From a virus (lineage: Duplodnaviria; Caudoviricetes): a DNA stretch of 64,000 bases. Below are positions 9,671 to 17,806 of this stretch, piece after piece. The position numbers and the translations under genes were made by a program. Position 1 is the first letter of the stretch; each line of letters begins with the position of its first letter. The stretch spans positions 1 through 64,000 of the IMG/VR virus record IMGVR_UViG_3300033066_001904; one strand, given 5' to 3'. The notes beneath the pieces are model-generated. The model had not been told where the DNA came from and did no database searches. It worked only from the letters and a program-made list of their open reading frames with translations.

Positions 9671-11099
9671 AATGTTTAGGTTGATCTTTTAGTTTTATGT
9701 TAGATAATGAAAATTTTTCTCTGGGTTGGAATCTGTTAAAAGTTTCTTCTATTCCATTTACGATATTATTACACATATTAGTTGCATTCATCATTGATTC
9801 GTCAGAATTAACCCAATTATATGCTTCTTTACAAGCCATTTCATAGCATGGTGCACAATTTAATTTTTTATCATAAACATTATATATTTGAGCCGCAATA
9901 TCTTCTGCAGATACTCTATCATCATATATATAAGGTGTAGGAACTGAACCAATTAATGAAATATTACTAGGAAATACTGGAAATGCCCACGGTCCATGTA
10001 ATTTATATTTTCCCTTGTGGTTGGAAGAGAATTTTTCATTGAATTCTATCCATTTTCCCTTATCGTCCATAAATTTCATTTGATCTTGCATTCCTCCCGT
10101 TACATTTGCAATTATGGGTTTTCCACACATCATAGATTCTGTTAATGAAAGACCCCATCCTTCGTTTGAAGAAATAAGAGCAGTAACATCTACTGCATTA
10201 TATAATAAATTCATTTCCTCAGCGGGAGACATTTTATTGTGAAAAATAACATTATACTTTTTATTATTTCCAAATAGCATGTCTTTTACAGCAAATAAAT
10301 CTGTACCATTTTCATCTATTGGTTGAGTATGTAGTACAAATGCACATTTTTCGGCTTTATCCTCGGTTAGAGAATCTATAAATATTTTCCACGCTAACAT
10401 TAAATCAGGTATAGATTTACGACGGATATTACGCGCATTATATAACATAACATAATCATATCTCTTTTCTCCAAAGAGTTGATTTCTAAATTCTTCCAAT
10501 GCCATATAATGAGGCATATCCTTTGTAATTGGAAAAAATATTTTTTCATTAATCCCATGTGGAATATATTTTATTATTTTGTTACCTATTTTATCTCCTA
10601 AAACAACTCTATTTATATTTTCAGTTTGTTTTGAAATAGCAAATAAAGTGTCACATGATTCGTAAAATGATTTATTGTACATAGGATATGGTAAATCATC
10701 CCATATATTTAAATATATCATCGGAATTTTTTTCCTAACTTCATGTTCCATTTGAAATAACCAAACCCAATATCGGGGATCAGTAAAGAACATTATAGCA
10801 TCAGGTTGTTCAATGTGAATTAATTGTCTTAAAATAACTCCATTTCCATATCCTGATATAGGATATAAAACTACGCTTGAATCAGAAATTCCAGCTCTTT
10901 TATTTGTGTCTTCATTTAGGTCGAATCTTTTTCCTTGGTCGGGATGATTTATTGCTCCTCCAACGTTTACCCAATTAAATTTATGAGCAGTACCTATAAC
11001 TATTTCTCTTGCTATTGTACTGATACCTGACGTCATGCGAATATCATCGCATAGTAAAAGGATTTTTTTTCGTTTATCTTTTGGTGTATAGCCTTCCAT
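9639..11099 (-). CDS. Glycosyltransferase family 4-like (GT-B)
   Basis: RNIRRK, EGWGLSLTE, PHGI. Confidence 0.9.
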   Translation of the reverse strand: MEGYTPKDKRKKILLLCDDIRMTSGISTIAREIVIGTAHKFNWVNVGGAINHPDQGKRFDLNEDTNKRAGISDSSVVLYPISGYGNGVILRQLIHIEQPDAIMFFTDPRYWVWLFQMEHEVRKKIPMIYLNIWDDLPYPMYNKSFYESCDTLFAISKQTENINRVVLGDKIGNKIIKYIPHGINEKIFFPITKDMPHYMALEEFRNQLFGEKRYDYVMLYNARNIRRKSIPDLMLAWKIFIDSLTEDKAEKCAFVLHTQPIDENGTDLFAVKDMLFGNNKKYNVIFHNKMSPAEEMNLLYNAVDVTALISSNEGWGLSLTESMMCGKPIIANVTGGMQDQMKFMDDKGKWIEFNEKFSSNHKGKYKLHGPWAFPVFPSNISLIGSVPTPYIYDDRVSAEDIAAQIYNVYDKKLNCAPCYEMACKEAYNWVNSDESMMNATNMCNNIVNGIEETFNRFQPREKFSLSNIKLKDQPKHYVKHVMAENY

Positions 11100-11105
11100 A
11101 TTATA

Positions 11106-11306
11106 TTATTTTGAACTTCCTGTGTAAAAAGTATTTAACTGATTATGTAACATTTTTCTAAAAGAATCATCGACCATATAAAGGTACATGGCTCTTTCAG
11201 TTAATTTTTGTATACTAAATTTTGTTCGTATACATTCTACCTTGAAGTCTTCAAATAATGCTTCTGGAACTTTTACTGATGTTAAAATATTGTCTTTATT
11301 TCCCAT
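11106..11306 (-). CDS. Small DNA-binding protein, ribbon-helix-helix-like
   Basis: TSVKV strand followed by two helices; ATATTTAT upstream. Confidence 0.45.
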   Translation of the reverse strand: MGNKDNILTSVKVPEALFEDFKVECIRTKFSIQKLTERAMYLYMVDDSFRKMLHNQLNTFYTGSSK

Positions 11307-11357
11307 TTTTTAAGTATTTACGTATATAAATATATAAAGAAAGGGGAAAATTATGCT

Positions 11358-11543
11358 TTATTTTTTAAATTTAGATCTTTCTCTTAAAATTCTTCTACAT
11401 TCTTTTAATGAAATTAATTCAGATTCCAAAATAGTAAAAGTCGTTCCATCTTGATGGGACTTAATTTTTGAAGTAGTATATTTAAAATAGCCTCCATAAC
11501 GAGAATCATACATGATCGTAACCGATATAATGGATGTGTTCAT
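11358..11543 (-). CDS. Small basic protein (RSKF family)
   Basis: Ends RRILRERSKFKK. Confidence 0.45.
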   Translation of the reverse strand: MNTSIISVTIMYDSRYGGYFKYTTSKIKSHQDGTTFTILESELISLKECRRILRERSKFKK

Positions 11544-11712
11544 TTCGTTTAGAAAATTTTGATCTATTTTTAAATTGTCGTCTAATACTACGATGTTTAT
11601 GTAAAGAATACTCCATAAAGATATAATATTTATATTTCAACATTTTAGGCTTTTTATAAACCCGCATATAAACAGGTGTTTTTAGCGTAACACGTTTTTG
11701 CTTAACTAACAT
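11506..11712 (-). CDS. Small basic protein, paralog of 11702-11914
   Basis: Start moved to MLVKQK; shares TPV and HR...FKNRSKFSK. Confidence 0.5.
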   Translation of the reverse strand: MLVKQKRVTLKTPVYMRVYKKPKMLKYKYYIFMEYSLHKHRSIRRQFKNRSKFSKRNEHIHYIGYDHV

Positions 11713-11773
11713 TAGAATCAATTTTAAGAAAATAATTCTTATTAGACTTAGAAAATTTTGATCTATTTTTAAA
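11549..11773. repeat. 26-bp perfect direct repeat (11549-11574 and 11748-11773)
   Basis: ttagaaaattttgatctatttttaaa read twice, 199 bp apart. Confidence 0.95.
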
Positions 11774-11914
11774 AATAAATCTAGCATTACGATGTTCGCG
11801 TAATGTTAACATTAACATTGAAAAATACCTGCTATGTTTTTTATTATAGAAAATTCCCATCCATTCAGGTAATATAACAGGTGTTCTTATTTTAACCTTT
11901 TTATTAACATTCAT
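11702..11914 (-). CDS. Small basic protein, paralog of 11506-11712
   Basis: MNVNKKVKIRTPV...HRNARFIFKNRSKFSK. Confidence 0.5.
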   Translation of the reverse strand: MNVNKKVKIRTPVILPEWMGIFYNKKHSRYFSMLMLTLREHRNARFIFKNRSKFSKSNKNYFLKIDSNVS

Positions 11915-12167
11915 TTTTGGCTATTTTATACAATATTAAATATCCTATTAGGTCATCTATAGCATCTTCATCTTCGTCAAGTTGTTGATTTTTAATTCGA
12001 CTTAATTTATCATCAATTCTTACCTTTAGTTGTTCTAAACTATTTTGGTTAGAAAATATTCTAAGAGGATTTAGTGCAGCATCTCCATATTTTCTATTTT
12101 TTTCTAAAAGCATAGAATGAATTTTATTTAATTCATTAAATACCTTTTGGTCAAAATTATTTTCCAT
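11904..12167 (-). CDS. DUF1599 / nucleotide modification associated domain 1-like protein
   Basis: KNRKYG, RIDDKLSRI, DLIGY helical motifs. Confidence 0.7.
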   Translation of the reverse strand: MENNFDQKVFNELNKIHSMLLEKNRKYGDAALNPLRIFSNQNSLEQLKVRIDDKLSRIKNQQLDEDEDAIDDLIGYLILYKIAKNEC

Positions 12168-12537
12168 TAATTTGGAATTTTATATTTTCTATTTCGTCTT
12201 TAGATAATAAATTATAGTAATCTTTAGCCTCTCTTTGAGAGATTTCAAAATATGAAGATATTGATAGAATATCTTCTTCAGGATATTCTTTTTTCGATTG
12301 ATTTTTAATATACTTCAAAAATATATATCTTTTGGGTATTAAATCTCTATAAAGGTTATAAAGATGTTCTGGGGTCATTTGAAATGTGTTCTTTTGTACG
12401 AAGTTAACCACTTCACAGTAATCAGGATCCATAGATAGAAATCTATTAATCATCCAATTAGACCAGTTTTCTTCTCCTAAGAAGTTACCTTTTTGTATAG
12501 TAATATTTTTTAGGTGATCAAAAATTGTTATTGCCAT
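12157..12537 (-). CDS. Probable clamp loader small subunit (T4 gp62-like)
   Basis: WMINRFLS, KYIK, ISQREAKDY; close to the large subunit gene. Confidence 0.55.
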   Translation of the reverse strand: MAITIFDHLKNITIQKGNFLGEENWSNWMINRFLSMDPDYCEVVNFVQKNTFQMTPEHLYNLYRDLIPKRYIFLKYIKNQSKKEYPEEDILSISSYFEISQREAKDYYNLLSKDEIENIKFQINGK

Positions 12538-12539
12538 AT

Positions 12540-12764
12540 TTATCCTTCTTTTTTAGGAGACATCCCTAAAGGTAAAAATCCTTTATTGACATGCCCACAT
12601 TTTGCACATGAAAAAACATCTACAGGAATGATAGCATCTTGTGATGTTCCTGTTATAAATCTTGAGGCTCTTCTAAGCATTACACCTTCTATAAATACTT
12701 CGTGACCACATTCGTCACAAGTCATTGCTGTTGTTTTATCTAATGCTATTCTCGGTTGTTCCAT
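12540..12764 (-). CDS. Zinc-ribbon protein
   Basis: CDEC...CAKC. Confidence 0.6.
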   Translation of the reverse strand: MEQPRIALDKTTAMTCDECGHEVFIEGVMLRRASRFITGTSQDAIIPVDVFSCAKCGHVNKGFLPLGMSPKKEG

Positions 12765-12775
12765 AACTTTTATTT

Positions 12776-13009
12776 TTAATAATCTATATCAATTAGTATT
12801 GATTTTCCTTCTAATTCGGGAAAATTTTCAATTATCCAATTTGTTAATGTAAAATCATCAGAATATTTTTTCTGTTCTTCTTTGGAAAGAACATATAATG
12901 GATATTATACTCCACAACTAACTTCTTTTAAGGCAGGGTGGGTATCAGTTATTTCTTCGGGTATATCACAATATGATATAACAAATACGTTTAATGTTTT
13001 AAATTCCAT
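12776..13009 (-). pseudogene. Small ORF interrupted by an in-frame TAA at 12905-12907
   Basis: MEFKTLNV...CGV*YPLYV...LIDIDY*; 34 + 42 codons filling the whole gap. Confidence 0.6.
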
Positions 13010-13019
13010 TTTTCCTAAA

Positions 13020-13385
13020 TTAAAATTTTTCCCCAGTTGTAAAAGGTATTATTGTAGGTGTTATTTCTTCATCTTCATCTTCATCTTCTTCATCATTACC
13101 ATATACATCTAGAAAATTATAAAATCCACCACTATCTCCAAAAAATTTATTAATTATTTTTTCTTCATCTGGGGAAAGAGATTTTACTTCTATATTTGTT
13201 AGAAAATCTTTACCGTTTGCATACTCAATTTCTTCGTTGGTGCCTATATACATTGTAAATTCTTCTTTTATAGATAATATTCTTTTTTTAGTGGATTCCC
13301 ATTCTTCTTTTTCTAAGATTACAAATCCTTCCACATCCATTTCATCCGCCCAGTTATCTGACCATTTTACTAATACTTTTTTCAT
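13020..13385 (-). CDS. Hypothetical protein with acidic tail
   Basis: 121 aa ORF. Confidence 0.6.
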   Translation of the reverse strand: MKKVLVKWSDNWADEMDVEGFVILEKEEWESTKKRILSIKEEFTMYIGTNEEIEYANGKDFLTNIEVKSLSPDEEKIINKFFGDSGGFYNFLDVYGNDEEDEDEDEEITPTIIPFTTGEKF

Positions 13386-13391
13386 ATATTT

Positions 13392-14297
13392 TTATTTTAT
13401 AGTTTCTAATATTTTTGCAATAGCTGCAGCAAAATTAATTTCTTTATCTGGTACAACATTAGCTCTCCACGAGAATTCGTCTAATATTATTGATATTTCG
13501 GCATCGTGACCGTTTGAAAATTCTTCTAATTTATCAAACAAATGTCTATAAGCTGTTTGAAAATCAACGATTTCACTGTTAGCTACTAATTGTCTAATAT
13601 CGTACCAAGCTCGATTATCTCGTTTTTTAAGCGTTTCTACTAATTTAATTAACCAATTATTATCTTTTTCAGACCAAACAAACTTACTATCTTTGATAAG
13701 AGATTGAGTTTTAATTAAAATTGATCTAATATCAGGGTAGTAATTATTAATTAGTTGTACTAAATCTTTATTATCGAAGGCTATTTTTTCTTTGATAAGA
13801 AGAGAAGAAATATGTCTAGCAATTACCCCTTTAGATGGAGATTCTAATTTATGAATCTCACATCTAGATTGTAGGGGTTCTATAATTTTTTCAACATAAT
13901 TACATGTAAGTATAAAACGTGTACTTAGAGAATATTCTTCTATTAAGTTACGCAAAGCAGCTTGCGCTGGTTGTGTAAGAAAATCTGCTTCATCTAAGAT
14001 GATGACTTTTAATGGATTAAAACTTGAAGACGAGGCAAATCCTTTTACCTTTTCTCTAATCATTTCTATACCATTTTCATCACTAGCATTTAGATAAAGA
14101 TAATCACATTTAGTATTGTTAACTATAATTTTAGCTAGTGTAGTTTTACCTATACCAGGTGCTCCTATTAGAAGTAAATTAGGAATATCATTACTTTTTA
14201 TAATGTGTTCCATTCTTTCTTTTATAGGATCATTACTAATATAGTTTTCTAATGTAGATGGTCTATATTTTTCTACCCACAATGTATGTTGTTTCAT
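13392..14297 (-). CDS. Clamp loader large subunit (RFC/T4 gp44-like AAA+)
   Basis: WVEKYRP, GAPGIGKT, LDEAD, SRC. Confidence 0.95.
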   Translation of the reverse strand: MKQHTLWVEKYRPSTLENYISNDPIKERMEHIIKSNDIPNLLLIGAPGIGKTTLAKIIVNNTKCDYLYLNASDENGIEMIREKVKGFASSSSFNPLKVIILDEADFLTQPAQAALRNLIEEYSLSTRFILTCNYVEKIIEPLQSRCEIHKLESPSKGVIARHISSLLIKEKIAFDNKDLVQLINNYYPDIRSILIKTQSLIKDSKFVWSEKDNNWLIKLVETLKKRDNRAWYDIRQLVANSEIVDFQTAYRHLFDKLEEFSNGHDAEISIILDEFSWRANVVPDKEINFAAAIAKILETIK

Positions 14298-14298
14298 T

Positions 14299-14505
14299 TT
14301 AAGCTTTTTTATTTAAAATACTACTAGCATTCATATAAGTAGATGTACCAGTAGTAGATGCATTAAGAATATTAGTATTGGTTGCAGTGCCACTACTTAT
14401 TCCATAGGAATTTGGTAAATCATTATATAAAAAATTATATCCGGGTGAGACTGTAATAGTTTTATTAGGTACGGCAACTTCATTTAATAAGACTTTACTC
14501 CCCAC
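14299..14505 (-). CDS. Hypothetical low-complexity (S/T/N-rich) protein, GTG start
   Basis: Fills the gap in the operon; start uncertain. Confidence 0.35.
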   Translation of the reverse strand: MGSKVLLNEVAVPNKTITVSPGYNFLYNDLPNSYGISSGTATNTNILNASTTGTSTYMNASSILNKKA

Positions 14506-14510
14506 CCCTC

Positions 14511-14717
14511 CTAAAAAGGGCGGATAGCAATTTCTACTTGATCTAGTGATTCACTATATGTTTCTGGGATTTTTCGAGCAGCTGCTAAAAATGCAGCATT
14601 TTGATCATTGGCTAGTAATGTGTCTAAATTCACTAGAATTTTTGATTTTTGGCCTTCTTTTAATTGAGCGTCGTTTGGATGCCAAATCACGGCATATTGG
14701 AATAGTTTTTGTTTCAT
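14511..14717 (-). CDS. Small hypothetical protein
   Basis: 68 aa, protein-like composition, ends IRPF. Confidence 0.6.
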   Translation of the reverse strand: MKQKLFQYAVIWHPNDAQLKEGQKSKILVNLDTLLANDQNAAFLAAARKIPETYSESLDQVEIAIRPF

Positions 14718-14907
14718 TTGTTTTATTTTTTAATTTAAATATAAAATTTCTTGTTTTTTTAAATGAGTGCACATCCTTAACTATAGATGATATATTTAGT
14801 ATAATACGAACATATGTACCATATCCAAAATAAGTAATAAATTTCCTACTTGTAGAGATGGTTCTCCAATCTAAGATTATAGTTTTTTTACCTTTAATAG
14901 TTTTCAT
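14605..14907 (-). CDS. Basic hypothetical ORF overlapping the downstream gene by 113 nt
   Basis: Fills the groEL downstream gap; K/R-rich. Confidence 0.35.
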   Translation of the reverse strand: MKTIKGKKTIILDWRTISTSRKFITYFGYGTYVRIILNISSIVKDVHSFKKTRNFIFKLKNKTNETKTIPICRDLASKRRSIKRRPKIKNSSEFRHITSQ

Positions 14908-16522
14908 CTAAGTTAGGTAGACTTTTTTTATGTTCTTTTTTAATTGAGATTGTTCCTTCTGTTAAAATAATCATTACAGCAGCTGATGATGCATTTTGCA
15001 ATGCAACTCTTACAACTTTAGTAGGATCTAAAATGCCTGCTTTAAAGCAATCTACTAATTTACCAGTTCCAAGTTTAGGAACTAAATTATAATTTTTAGT
15101 TCTAGCTAAAGCAGCTAAATATGAAAATTTTGATTCACCAGAATTATTAATAATAGTTTCAAGTGGTTGAATAACCGCTTTCCACACTATTTTTTTACCT
15201 TTATTGTAGTCATCATTATCTCTATTAAATTTAATTTTTCTTCTGGCATTGGTAAGAGCTACACCTGCACCTGGGACTACACCTTCTTCTAGAGCAGCTT
15301 TTGTAGCTTGAAGAGCATCATCTAATCTATCTTTCTTTTCTTTAATTTCTATTTCGTTAGAACCTCCAACGTTAATGATGGCTACTCCTCCAACTAGTTT
15401 AGCTAGACGTTCTTGTAATTTTTCATTTTCATATGGAGAAACAGATAAATCTATTTGATTTTTCAAATTTTCTATTCTTTCTTTTATTTTATCTTTATCT
15501 CCACCACCATCAACAATAGTTGTTGTTTCTTTACCAACTGTAACGGTTCTTGCTTGACCCAACCATTGTGAATCAAATTTATCTAATCTCATTCCTTTAT
15601 CTGATGACACTAGTGAACCACCTGTTAGAATAGCAATATCTTCCATCATAAGTGTTCTTCTTTCTCCAAATTCAGGAGCTTTAACAGCACATACTTTTAA
15701 TATACCTCTCATTTTATTCACAATAAGAGTTGCTAATGCTTCACCATCTATATCTTCTGCAATAAGAAGTAATGATTTATTTTGCTGAGAAACATATTCT
15801 AAAATAGGTAGCAAATCTTTAACTTGATTTATTCTTTTTTCTAGGATAAGAACATATGGTTCATTTAGTACACATTGCATACTGTTATTATCTGTTACAA
15901 AGAATGGAGATTTATATCCTCTGTCAAATTGCATACCTTCAACTATTTCTAGTGAAGTTTCTCCTGTTTTACTTTCTTCAACAGAAACTAATCCTTCTCT
16001 ACCTACTTTTTCTAAGGCTGTTCTTACAAGTTGAGCTATTTCTTCATCTCCATTAGATGATAATTTAGCTACTTGTAAAATTTGCTCATCACTAGTTATA
16101 GATTTAGACATTACTGCTATTTCATCAATAATCTCTTTTACAGCATCTTCAATACCTCTTTTTAGAAGAGATACATTTACATTACTATTTTTAGTAAGTT
16201 GTAAACCCTCAGATGCAATATTATATGCCAGTACCGTTGCTGTAGTTGTTCCATCTCCTACTATATCTACGGTTTTAGATGCAGCGTTTCTAATGACATT
16301 AGCTCCCATATTTTCTATAGGATCTTCTAATTTAAATTCTTTTGCTACAGTTATTCCGTCTTTTGTAGATTGGATTTGATCAAATTCTTTTTCAATTAGG
16401 ATATTTCTTCCAAACGGTCCCATTGTTGCTGCTACAGCATCATTGATCTTTTTAATTCCACTTAGCAATTTATCTTTTGCTTCTTCTTTTAATGTTATTA
16501 TTTTTTCCATATTATTCTTCAA
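14894..16522 (-). CDS. groEL: Chaperonin GroEL
   Basis: TMGPFGRN, GDGTTTATVLA, EGMQFDRGYKSP, RLAKL.GGVA; no GGM tail. Confidence 0.97.
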   Translation of the reverse strand: MKNNMEKIITLKEEAKDKLLSGIKKINDAVAATMGPFGRNILIEKEFDQIQSTKDGITVAKEFKLEDPIENMGANVIRNAASKTVDIVGDGTTTATVLAYNIASEGLQLTKNSNVNVSLLKRGIEDAVKEIIDEIAVMSKSITSDEQILQVAKLSSNGDEEIAQLVRTALEKVGREGLVSVEESKTGETSLEIVEGMQFDRGYKSPFFVTDNNSMQCVLNEPYVLILEKRINQVKDLLPILEYVSQQNKSLLLIAEDIDGEALATLIVNKMRGILKVCAVKAPEFGERRTLMMEDIAILTGGSLVSSDKGMRLDKFDSQWLGQARTVTVGKETTTIVDGGGDKDKIKERIENLKNQIDLSVSPYENEKLQERLAKLVGGVAIINVGGSNEIEIKEKKDRLDDALQATKAALEEGVVPGAGVALTNARRKIKFNRDNDDYNKGKKIVWKAVIQPLETIINNSGESKFSYLAALARTKNYNLVPKLGTGKLVDCFKAGILDPTKVVRVALQNASSAAVMIILTEGTISIKKEHKKSLPNLDENY

Positions 16523-16802
16523 TTTGAGCTAGTATATCAGTGTCTTTATAAATAAAGAATTCTTCTCCTTTTACGGTCATTTTTTGACCACCAAAAGCAG
16601 GAAATGCTACTATTTCACCTACTTTAGTTTCATTATCTACCCATACCCCTGTAATAGTTCTAATTCCAGGTCCTACAGCTATTACTTCTCCCATTAAAGG
16701 TTTTTCTTTACCTGTATCGGGTACAATAATAGATCCATACATTTTTTCTGACTCTTCAATTTGTTTAATTAAAACGTTATTATGTTTTGGTGTAATCTTC
16801 AT
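16512..16802 (-). CDS. groES: Co-chaperonin GroES
   Basis: GSIIVPD.GKEKP..GEVIAVGPG; adjacent to groEL. Confidence 0.95.
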   Translation of the reverse strand: MKITPKHNNVLIKQIEESEKMYGSIIVPDTGKEKPLMGEVIAVGPGIRTITGVWVDNETKVGEIVAFPAFGGQKMTVKGEEFFIYKDTDILAQIEE

Positions 16803-16814
16803 TTTTATTTATTT

Positions 16815-17522
16815 TTATTCTTTTCCAACTAATATGTAATTAGATATTATTTTTTCTTCTGAAGAAAATTTAATTTTCATTAGTCCTTCTTCAGATATTA
16901 GAACTTTTCCTTCACTAAGATCAGTGTTAGCCTCTAATATGTCTCTAAATTCTTTTAGAGGAAATTTAATAGGAAAAGTGTTCGTTTCTGATAACGTAGG
17001 AATGTTAAAGCTTATTTTGTTTGTAAATTTTTCATAACCTCCTATAATGAGTTTTAGTTCTTTATTAGAGGTTTCTACTGTAAAAAGTTCAGCTTCTGAA
17101 ACTTTCGATGCTCTTAAGAAGTTATTAATCATTTCTAGTGAAATATTAGCTTCTATTTCATATTTCTTAGGTTCTTCTAGTCTGGGGAGTCTAGAAATTA
17201 GACTTAAATCTGCTAACACATATTCCATGCTATAATTCGAGTCTTCAATATTAAGTTTAAGGGGAATATTATTTTCCTTGTGGATTTTTATTGAAATAAG
17301 TTTATCTAAAATAGATAGAATCTTTTTTAGTTGAGATGTAAAAAAGACTCCTATTTCACAGTTTTCCATTTCACAAGGAGCTAATATTTCTCCCATAATA
17401 TTTTTATCCTTGCTTATAAATTTAATACTTAGAACATTGTTTTTGAAACTCCACTTAACCTTTTCAGTCTGTCCATTTAGGTAATATTTTTCTATAACAC
17501 TTATTAAATATAACTTTTTCAT
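16815..17522 (-). CDS. Sliding clamp (T4 gp45-like)
   Basis: 235 aa, two-domain beta-rich pattern, between PolB and clamp loader genes. Confidence 0.65.
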   Translation of the reverse strand: MKKLYLISVIEKYYLNGQTEKVKWSFKNNVLSIKFISKDKNIMGEILAPCEMENCEIGVFFTSQLKKILSILDKLISIKIHKENNIPLKLNIEDSNYSMEYVLADLSLISRLPRLEEPKKYEIEANISLEMINNFLRASKVSEAELFTVETSNKELKLIIGGYEKFTNKISFNIPTLSETNTFPIKFPLKEFRDILEANTDLSEGKVLISEEGLMKIKFSSEEKIISNYILVGKE

Positions 17523-17526
17523 TGTA

Positions 17527-17558
17527 TAAAATTAAGAAAGAAATTTTGACCTACCAAA
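17527..17558 (-). promoter_or_regulatory. Promoter-like TTTG-N20-TAATTTTA with internal TCAAA
   Basis: Matches Bacteroidota -33/-7 spacing; upstream of the clamp gene. Confidence 0.5.
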
Positions 17559-17802
17559 ATTTCCACCACGGTTTTTTAGGAATAATTTGCTTAGCTGGGT
17601 AATTTAATACTATTGTTTTATTTAAATCCCGCTTAGCTAGTCTAACTAATCTTAGTTCATTCTCTTCAGAAATATTATTCTTTATAGTAATTCTAATATC
17701 AATAGGAATTTCCTCAGTTACATTTCCTGCTTCATCCATAATAAAAATTGCTTGGTTTACCCAAATTTCTTTTTTTTCTTTTTTTACAGTCATTCTTACC
17801 AT
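17551..17802 (-). CDS. Hypothetical protein ending KKPWWKFW
   Basis: 83 aa; amphipathic aromatic tail. Confidence 0.55.
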   Translation of the reverse strand: MVRMTVKKEKKEIWVNQAIFIMDEAGNVTEEIPIDIRITIKNNISEENELRLVRLAKRDLNKTIVLNYPAKQIIPKKPWWKFW

Positions 17803-17806
17803 GTGA

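Noticed and set aside
14503-14512. AGGAGG immediately before the GTG of ORF 14299-14505
   Set aside because: It is only 1 nt from the start and overlaps the upstream TAG stop, so spacing is incompatible with a functional SD
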